A stretch of DNA of 5,975 bases, taken from a virus. The translations under genes and the position numbers were made by a program. How positions within the stretch are numbered: position 1 is the stretch's first letter; each line of letters opens with the position of its first letter. The notes under the pieces were generated by a model. The model saw only the letters and a program-made list of their open reading frames with translations. It did no database searches and was not told where the DNA came from. The DNA is taken from positions 1 to 5,975 of IMG/VR virus record IMGVR_UViG_3300020029_000003; one strand, 5' to 3'. Positions 1 through 4,817 of the stretch are shown piece after piece.

Positions 1-121
1 CAGGATCACTATAAACTTCAACTAATTATTTAATCTATGGGAAAACAACCTTTTATTTCTCACGCTGTGAATGGCTACTCTCGTTACGATGTTCCTGAGA
101 GCAAAGCCTTTACGTGCACAC
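1..121. repeat. Terminal direct repeat, copy 1 (circular-genome overlap). It holds the last 33 nt of the VP4 gene (1..33, ...QDHYKLQLII*) and the start of VP1.
   Basis: Compared base by base, 1..121 is identical to 5855..5975. The repeat runs exactly to the window end, as expected for a circular contig with assembly overlap. Confidence 0.95.
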
Positions 122-1851
122 CGGGCATTTTGTATCCGGTGCGGATCGATTTTATTAATGCCCGTGACCGCGTTTCTATCGAGCAGGGTATCGATGTTCG
201 TAGCAACCCGCTTGCTGTCCCGACATTTAACCCTTACACCATTCGTTTGCATCGCTTCTGGGTGCCGCTTCAGTTGTACCACTCGGAGATGCGCGTTAAT
301 TCTTCGAAGTTTGACATGAACAATCTTTCGACGAACTGGATTCCTGCTTCTATCAACGTAAATCCCAATTTAGGTGGTTTGAAGGCTGGTTATCCTAATA
401 GTCTGTTGTCTTGGCTTCGTGTTTCGAATCGTGTTTTGGATAAAGATACCAGTACGGCTGTTTATCAGTCGAATACTCTTCCTTCCCCTTTAGACAACCA
501 ACGTTGGGTTAATGCCGATCCATATCTCGCTTACTGGGATATTGTTCGAAATTATTATTCCTATTCGCAGTGGTCTTTGTTCTCTATGGCTTGGCCTGCG
601 TCGTGGTCCGTTTTTAACACATCTGACGCACCTGGTGATATGGCTCTCACTACCGTCTTTTCTGAAAGTTCGAGATACTTTTCGCAGACTTACTCTAATC
701 TTGAGTTTCTCGATGCTTATTTCGAAAGTCAATTTTACCCTTCTGCTGTCGTTTCGGCCAATAACACATTCAATCGCTCGAATTTGTTCTTTCAGCTTGT
801 AAACTCTCAAACTGGCAGCTCCTCGGGTATTTCTGATGATGGTTATCCTGTTTGGTCTGATCCTCTTACTATGAGTTCGTCGACTTTTTCGGGAGATCGT
901 CCTCTTACACAGCTTGGTTTGTCTGGAAACCCTACCAATGCTGTTACTCCTATTGGTTTGTTTCTCACGGCTCACCCGATGGCCGTAGTACCTTCGAATC
1001 CCGATCGGTTTAGTCGGCTTATTCCTACTGGTTCGTCTTCTTCCGTTTCCATGGCGGGTGTTCAGACTATACCTCAGTTGGCTATTGCTTCGCGCTTGCA
1101 GGAATATAAGGACCTTCTCGGCGCAGGCGGCTCTCGTTATAGCGATTGGCTGGAAACGTTCTTCGCATCTAAGATCGAACATGTTGATCGTCCTAAGCTT
1201 TTGTTTAGCGCTTCGCAGACTGTTAATGTACAGATTGTTATGAATCAAGCCGGACAAAACAACTTTTCCGGTCCGTCTGTTAATGGGCCTCTTGGCCAGC
1301 AGGGCGGCGCTATAGCGTTTAACGATCGCCTGGGTCGTCGCCAGTCTTATTATTTCCGAGAGCCCGGCTATATGATCGACATGATTAGTATTCGGCCTGT
1401 TTATTATTGGTCGCAGGTTCGCCCTGACTATTTAAACTACCAGGGTTCTGATTACTTCAACCCTATTTATAATGACATTGGGTACCAAGATGTCCCTGTT
1501 TACCTTCTTGGTCCTGCTGGGAAGACTGTTTCTACCTCCACCCTTTCGGTCGAACCTTGTTTTAATGAGTTTCGTAGTAGTTACGATGAGGTGCTGGGTC
1601 AGATTTCTCTTTCGAATGGTTTTGGAACCAGCCGGCCTGTTTATTCTTATTGGGTTCAGCAGCGCAGTCTTCCTGGTTTTGTTAATAATACTGATACTGT
1701 TTACTATCCGTTTCTTTTCGTAGATATGTCCCAAGTCAATTCTCCTTTCGTTTCCAATACAGAGGATAATTTCTTTGTGAACTTGTCTTACGCAGTACAG
1801 AAGAAGAATCTTGTTAATAAAACATTTGCAACCCGTTTGTCTAATCGTTAA
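37..1851 (+). CDS. VP1: Microviridae major capsid protein (VP1 / F-like), 604 aa
   Basis: Longest ORF, ATG at 37 lying 3 nt after the VP4 stop. The translation carries motifs I recognise from microvirus capsid proteins. These are an N-terminal S-R-Y-D-V...FTCTPGILYPV segment, DPYLAYWDIVRNYY (aa ~161-174), LQEYKDLLGAGGSRYSDWLETFF (GGSRY at nt 1126..1140) and then HVDRPKLLF. No Shine-Dalgarno sequence upstream. Confidence 0.95.
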   Translation: MGKQPFISHAVNGYSRYDVPESKAFTCTPGILYPVRIDFINARDRVSIEQGIDVRSNPLAVPTFNPYTIRLHRFWVPLQLYHSEMRVNSSKFDMNNLSTNWIPASINVNPNLGGLKAGYPNSLLSWLRVSNRVLDKDTSTAVYQSNTLPSPLDNQRWVNADPYLAYWDIVRNYYSYSQWSLFSMAWPASWSVFNTSDAPGDMALTTVFSESSRYFSQTYSNLEFLDAYFESQFYPSAVVSANNTFNRSNLFFQLVNSQTGSSSGISDDGYPVWSDPLTMSSSTFSGDRPLTQLGLSGNPTNAVTPIGLFLTAHPMAVVPSNPDRFSRLIPTGSSSSVSMAGVQTIPQLAIASRLQEYKDLLGAGGSRYSDWLETFFASKIEHVDRPKLLFSASQTVNVQIVMNQAGQNNFSGPSVNGPLGQQGGAIAFNDRLGRRQSYYFREPGYMIDMISIRPVYYWSQVRPDYLNYQGSDYFNPIYNDIGYQDVPVYLLGPAGKTVSTSTLSVEPCFNEFRSSYDEVLGQISLSNGFGTSRPVYSYWVQQRSLPGFVNNTDTVYYPFLFVDMSQVNSPFVSNTEDNFFVNLSYAVQKKNLVNKTFATRLSNR

Positions 1852-1863
1852 TACATTAATTTT

Positions 1864-2160
1864 ATGGCACTTGATTGGCTTATTGAGGATATCCCCACCT
1901 ATGTTTCTCGCGGTCAGCGCATTCTTTCCGTCCTCGATGGTTCCGGTTCCGTCGACGTTCTTCCCGGCCGTCCGGATGTAGTGGTAGAGCCTTCTGATTT
2001 CGACAAGGGTGAAAAGTTTAACCCTGAAATCGATTTCGATCCCAATTCGTACTCCCGTATGGATAAGTTCGACGGCCTCGAGGTCGGCCAGGAACTTATT
2101 GATTCAGAGTTAGATAGATCGAAGCCTACTTCGAAACCCTCTAATTCTGAAGAAAAATAG
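1864..2160 (+). CDS. Small, highly acidic hypothetical protein (98 aa), a candidate scaffolding-type protein
   Basis: ATG lies 12 nt after the VP1 stop, on the same strand and with the same codon style (TCG, CTT, T-ending codons). I count 22 D/E against 11 K/R. No recognisable family motif, so the function is inferred only from position and charge. Confidence 0.6.
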   Translation: MALDWLIEDIPTYVSRGQRILSVLDGSGSVDVLPGRPDVVVEPSDFDKGEKFNPEIDFDPNSYSRMDKFDGLEVGQELIDSELDRSKPTSKPSNSEEK

Positions 2161-2190
2161 TACTCTCTTTACTTGACGATATATGCTACG

Positions 2191-2268
2191 TGCGCGGACC
2201 CCTCTTGCAAGAGTTCGTGAATTGCTGAAGGTTATTGGTAACGACTGCCGGAGAGGCCGCGCATTTTT
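2191..2268 (+). promoter_or_regulatory. GC-rich long-range helix followed by a T-run: a terminator-like or ssDNA structural element
   Basis: TGCGCGG (2191..2197) pairs with CCGCGCA (2257..2263). After a 3-nt bulge, CCTCT (2201..2205) pairs with AGAGG (2252..2256). That makes 12 bp, followed directly by TTTTT (2264..2268). A competing local palindrome, CTCTTGCAAGAG, lies at 2202..2213. Pairing was checked by hand and no energy was computed. Confidence 0.3.
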
Positions 2269-2293
2269 CTATCGTTCTTTAAACTTTATTGCT

Positions 2294-2485
2294 ATGTCTG
2301 ATACTAAACAACCATTCTACAAGTCGAAAGCGTTTTGGACGCTCGTTTCCTCTATTGTTGCTGCTTTGGCTGCCTTTTTTCTCGCCTCGTGTTCTGCTCA
2401 AGCTAGAATGCAGCGCAGTGGTGTTCACGTCGATACCGTGCGTGTCGATTATATTATTCGTTCTAACAATTTAACACACGTGTAG
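2294..2485 (+). CDS. Small putative lipoprotein or membrane protein (63 aa); alternative in-frame upstream ATG at 2183 gives 100 aa
   Basis: MSDTKQPFYKSK (basic n-region), then AFWTLVSSIVAALAAFFLAS (hydrophobic), then C33. L-A-S-C (nt 2381..2392) fits the lipobox [LVI][ASTVI][GAS]C. The stop TAG (2483..2485) lies 1 nt before the VP2 ATG, and this tight packing supports a real gene. The start codon is uncertain. I prefer 2294 because a signal peptide must be N-terminal and 2191..2268 looks structured and non-coding. Confidence 0.55.
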   Translation: MSDTKQPFYKSKAFWTLVSSIVAALAAFFLASCSAQARMQRSGVHVDTVRVDYIIRSNNLTHV

Positions 2486-2486
2486 T

Positions 2487-3746
2487 ATGCCTGCTCCTGT
2501 TGCCGCTGCTGCGTCTTTCGGCCAGGCTCTTGGTCAGTCGGCCGCTTCTGCTGGTACCACCGGTTTGATTTCCGGCGCCCTCGGTCAGCTTTTCGGAGGT
2601 ATGAATGCCCGCCGGCAGTGGAGATTTCAGCAAAAACAAATGGCTCTTCAGCAAAAGTATGCTCTAGAGCAGATGCAAAAACAATCTGAACTTTCCTATT
2701 CTAACTGGCAAAAACAATTCGATTATGAGAATGCCTACAATGATCCTACAAAGGTTTTCGATCGTTATTTGAAGGCCGGCGTAACGCCTGCTGCTGTTTT
2801 AGGTTCTTCTGGTGTTGGAGTAAACGCCACTATGTCGGGTGGTTCTGCAGGTATGCCCTCCGCCTCTGGCCCTTCCGGTGGCGCGCCTGTTTCCCCCGGC
2901 GCTTTCGCTCCGGGTGATCCTGCCGCTATCGCGCAAAATATGGTTGCACAATCGACGATTAACCGTAATGCTGCCGCTGCTGATCGAGATGAAGCAGAGG
3001 CCGATAATCTTCGAGGTAACACTCATACACTGGAGTGGCGGGAGAAGATAGATGATCTCGAGTTGCAGATTGCCCAACACAACGTTAAGGACGCCCGCGA
3101 GCTCGCCAATCTTCACGAGGCGCAGGCGCAAATCGTGGCGATCGACGCCTATTTGGCCAACATTACACAAGGTTATAAGATGCAGTCCATTATGGCTATG
3201 GCTGGCATTTTGGAGGAAAAATATCTAAATCTCCGCTTGACGAATGATTGGTTCGAGCCCCAGGCCGGCGCGACGCTTGCCGTCGCCTGGAGTTCCGTTC
3301 TTGCCAACCTTTCGGCAGCCGGTGAATCAGAGTCTCGCATAAAACTTAACGCTCAGGAACTCAAGGATTTGGAGAAGTGGTACGAGCTTAATTGGGAGAA
3401 GGAAGTCCCTGTTCAGATTCGTGACGAGAAGGGTCAGGTTGTTGAGACGAAGATGATGAAGGTTGGCGAAACCTTGGCCATCTTGAAGGCTGCTGCCGCC
3501 GAGACGGCTCAGCTTGAGACTGGTAATGCTCGCTGGGATTTGCGGAGTTCGAAAAACCGCCTTGGTTATGACATTCTTCGTTCCTGTGCCACTGCTGCTG
3601 GCGTCGCCGCCGCCTCGTATGCCGGGCGCAAGGCTGCTGGCCCTGCGGGTCCGGAAGGCTACGAAGAGATGAAGGAGTTTTATGGCTCTGGAGGTGATCG
3701 TATTGGCGCCACGTACACCCGTCGCAGTATGTTTAAGCGAAATTAG
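2487..3746 (+). CDS. VP2: Microviridae DNA pilot / minor capsid protein (VP2 / H-like), 419 aa
   Basis: Position after VP1 and typical architecture. It has an Ala/Gly-rich hydrophobic N-terminus and a Gln-rich segment. YENAYNDPTKVFDRYLKAGVTPAAVLG (nt ~2724..2804) resembles the conserved ...R..AG(L/V)NP... segment of gokushovirus-type VP2. A Gly/Ser/Pro/Ala low-complexity linker (nt ~2802..2924) is followed by a long charged helical region and an Ala-rich C-terminus. Confidence 0.85.
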   Translation: MPAPVAAAASFGQALGQSAASAGTTGLISGALGQLFGGMNARRQWRFQQKQMALQQKYALEQMQKQSELSYSNWQKQFDYENAYNDPTKVFDRYLKAGVTPAAVLGSSGVGVNATMSGGSAGMPSASGPSGGAPVSPGAFAPGDPAAIAQNMVAQSTINRNAAAADRDEAEADNLRGNTHTLEWREKIDDLELQIAQHNVKDARELANLHEAQAQIVAIDAYLANITQGYKMQSIMAMAGILEEKYLNLRLTNDWFEPQAGATLAVAWSSVLANLSAAGESESRIKLNAQELKDLEKWYELNWEKEVPVQIRDEKGQVVETKMMKVGETLAILKAAAAETAQLETGNARWDLRSSKNRLGYDILRSCATAAGVAAASYAGRKAAGPAGPEGYEEMKEFYGSGGDRIGATYTRRSMFKRN

Positions 3747-3773
3747 ACAACTTTTTCGACTTTTCGAACTTCA

Positions 3774-3800
3774 TATTTTTGCCCCCGCGTCGTACATTTG
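3774..3800 (+). promoter_or_regulatory. Candidate Bacteroidota-type promoter (-7 TAnnTTTG motifs) in an AT-rich intergenic region
   Basis: TATTTTTG (3774..3781) and TACATTTG (3793..3800) both match TAnnTTTG and lie 26-52 nt upstream of the ATG at 3826. By hand scan there are only five matches on the + strand of the whole window (3774, 3793, 4050, 4415, 5398). No well-spaced -33 TTTG partner is present, so the call is weak. A tandem TTTTCGA repeat lies just upstream (3753..3759 and 3761..3767). Confidence 0.3.
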
Positions 3801-3825
3801 CATCGTAACCAATAACCACATTATT

Positions 3826-4143
3826 ATGAAAAAAAACAAAGATTTTAGAACTAGCGAATTGCCGGTCGATTTCGTAGAGTACCTGTTTCTCGAGTGGCTT
3901 TGCCGTCGAGAGGTGCTTTCCGCTTTTAAGTCGAACTACAACTTGACTAAGGATGCTGACCTCTCATTTCGAGATTCGCTTCGCCGCCAAATTCGCAATA
4001 CGCTTCTCACGTCTAGTCTTGGTATAAGCGATCTTATTACCAGCAGTTTTATATTTGACAGGACGCCTGAAGGCCGCGGCTTCTGGTCCGGCGTCTCTTC
4101 TGACTGGCGTCGTTTTTGCATCAATCTTCGAAAGGAATTTTAA
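3826..4143 (+). CDS. Hypothetical protein (105 aa)
   Basis: ATG at 3826 follows a 79-nt AT-rich spacer. The longer ORF from ATG 3682 would overlap VP2 by 65 nt. Codon style matches the hallmark genes. The C-terminal segment FIFDRTPEGRGFWSGVSSDWRRF is aromatic and Trp-rich, and I cannot assign it to a family. Confidence 0.55.
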   Translation: MKKNKDFRTSELPVDFVEYLFLEWLCRREVLSAFKSNYNLTKDADLSFRDSLRRQIRNTLLTSSLGISDLITSSFIFDRTPEGRGFWSGVSSDWRRFCINLRKEF

Positions 4144-4154
4144 ATTACGTCGTT

Positions 4155-4478
4155 ATGACACAGATTCATGTTGTTCTTCGCCGTGTAAATCCGGCTCTTA
4201 ATGTTGACCTTGTCCAGGTCGGCTGCATTAAGGATGGTCAGTTTTCGCAGCTGCCTCTTGATATTTTTTCAGACACGCCTGTTTTTGATTATTTCTTGAC
4301 TTCGGATATTTCGAAATCACCCTACGTCAAGCACCAGGCAGTTGCCGGCCTCGTGGCGACCTTAGCTTCTTATCCGAAGTTCTCGGTTGAGTTTTTCGAC
4401 AACACGCTTGTTCTTATGTTTGATTTCAATATTGATCGCTATGAAAGCCCGTCGGAAGAAGAAAGGAAAGGGGACTAA
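4155..4478 (+). CDS. Hypothetical protein (107 aa)
   Basis: The first ATG (4155) lies 11 nt after the upstream stop. The ORF-track start at 4116 is a TTG that overlaps the upstream gene. The protein has an acidic C-terminal tail (SPSEEERKGD). No recognisable motif. Confidence 0.5.
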   Translation: MTQIHVVLRRVNPALNVDLVQVGCIKDGQFSQLPLDIFSDTPVFDYFLTSDISKSPYVKHQAVAGLVATLASYPKFSVEFFDNTLVLMFDFNIDRYESPSEEERKGD

Positions 4479-4534
4479 AGTAGTTACCCGCCCGCTTGGT
4501 GGAAGAGTTCTTTAAATTAATCGAACCCCATGGG

Positions 4535-4566
4535 ACAGCCGAAGGCTGTGGCCACCGCGAAGCGGT
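4535..4566 (+). other. Two tandem C-GAA-G triloop hairpins in the intergenic region; candidate ssDNA structural or origin element
   Basis: Hairpin 1 is ACAGCC (4535..4540), GAA, GGCTGT (4544..4549), a perfect 6-bp stem. Hairpin 2 is ACCGC (4554..4558), GAA, GCGGT (4562..4566), a perfect 5-bp stem that contains the exact heptamer GCGAAGC (4557..4563). An alternative outer helix, 4485..4502 with 4552..4572, can enclose hairpin 1. The region is non-coding (4479..4577) and GC-rich compared with its surroundings. Confidence 0.5.
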
Positions 4567-4577
4567 AAGGTACCCCC

Positions 4578-4817
4578 ATGTGGGTTCTTCCATTTAACTC
4601 GTATATACCTTTTTTTATGGATCATTTCGATTTTCGCCCTCGTTTTTCTCCTGTAATCGACAGTACTCCCTATCGCTTCTCTGTTGCAGCATATCGCGGT
4701 AGGAAGCGCATTATTATTGCCTGGTTTTCCGATGAAGCGCCTGCGAATGACTATCTTATTCGTTGTCGTCTTGATCATCCTAGTATCAAATTTGACACCC
4801 TCCGAAGCCTTTTCTAA
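4578..4817 (+). CDS. Hypothetical protein (79 aa; alternative ATG at 4617 gives 66 aa), stop overlapping the VP4 start
   Basis: The stop TAA (4815..4817) overlaps the VP4 ATG (4817..4819) as TAATG. Same strand. No recognisable motif. The start is uncertain, because 4578 sits right at the edge of the structured intergenic region and 4617 follows a T7 run. Confidence 0.45.
   Translation: MWVLPFNSYIPFFMDHFDFRPRFSPVIDSTPYRFSVAAYRGRKRIIIAWFSDEAPANDYLIRCRLDHPSIKFDTLRSLF

Noticed and set aside
490-1257. A 255-aa ORF on the minus strand, antisense to VP1, plus the other minus-strand ORFs in the track (22..282, 1432..1734, 2463..2654, 2765..3170, 3936..4124, 4512..4778, 4910..5203, 5411..5841).
   Set aside because: The translations are Arg/Ser/Ile-rich, low-complexity sequence of the kind produced by reading the complement of T-ending codons. 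Each lies entirely antisense to a well-supported or co-oriented + strand gene. Microviridae are transcribed from one strand only.
2469-2496. A dif-like sequence, relevant because XerCD-mediated integration has been proposed for Bacteroidota microvirus proviruses. ATTTAACACAC matches the reverse complement of the E. coli dif XerD arm (ATTTAACATAA) at 9 of 11 positions, and TATGC lies beyond a short spacer. A second ATTTAAC occurs at 4592..4598.
   Set aside because: By my estimate, roughly one or more 11-mers with no more than 2 mismatches is expected by chance in 5.85 kb on two strands. The putative XerC arm matches poorly, the central spacing is off by 1 nt, and the site lies across a coding junction. 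It is only worth revisiting if related proviruses with mapped att sites are found.
3682-3825. Longer start choices for two ORFans: ATG 3682, which overlaps VP2 by 65 nt, and TTG 4116, which overlaps the preceding gene by 28 nt.
   Set aside because: Downstream ATGs at 3826 and 4155 give non-overlapping, tightly spaced genes. Segment 3747..3825 looks like an AT-rich regulatory spacer, and 4116 is a non-ATG start. The longer forms are not excluded.
3829-3836. An A8 homopolymer immediately after the ATG of ORFan 1 (and a T7 run at 4610..4616 before ATG 4617), considered as slippage or phase-variation tracts.
   Set aside because: A single sequence gives no evidence of length variation. The runs are short and are explained by Lys codons or AT-rich leader sequence.
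4519-4529. On the minus strand this reads GGGGTTCGATT, a tRNA T-loop-like motif, raising the possibility of a tRNA or tRNA-like element in the intergenic region.
   Set aside because: The sequence following the putative 7-nt loop (AATTT) cannot pair with the proposed 5' stem (TGGGG). No acceptor or anticodon arms can be built around it.
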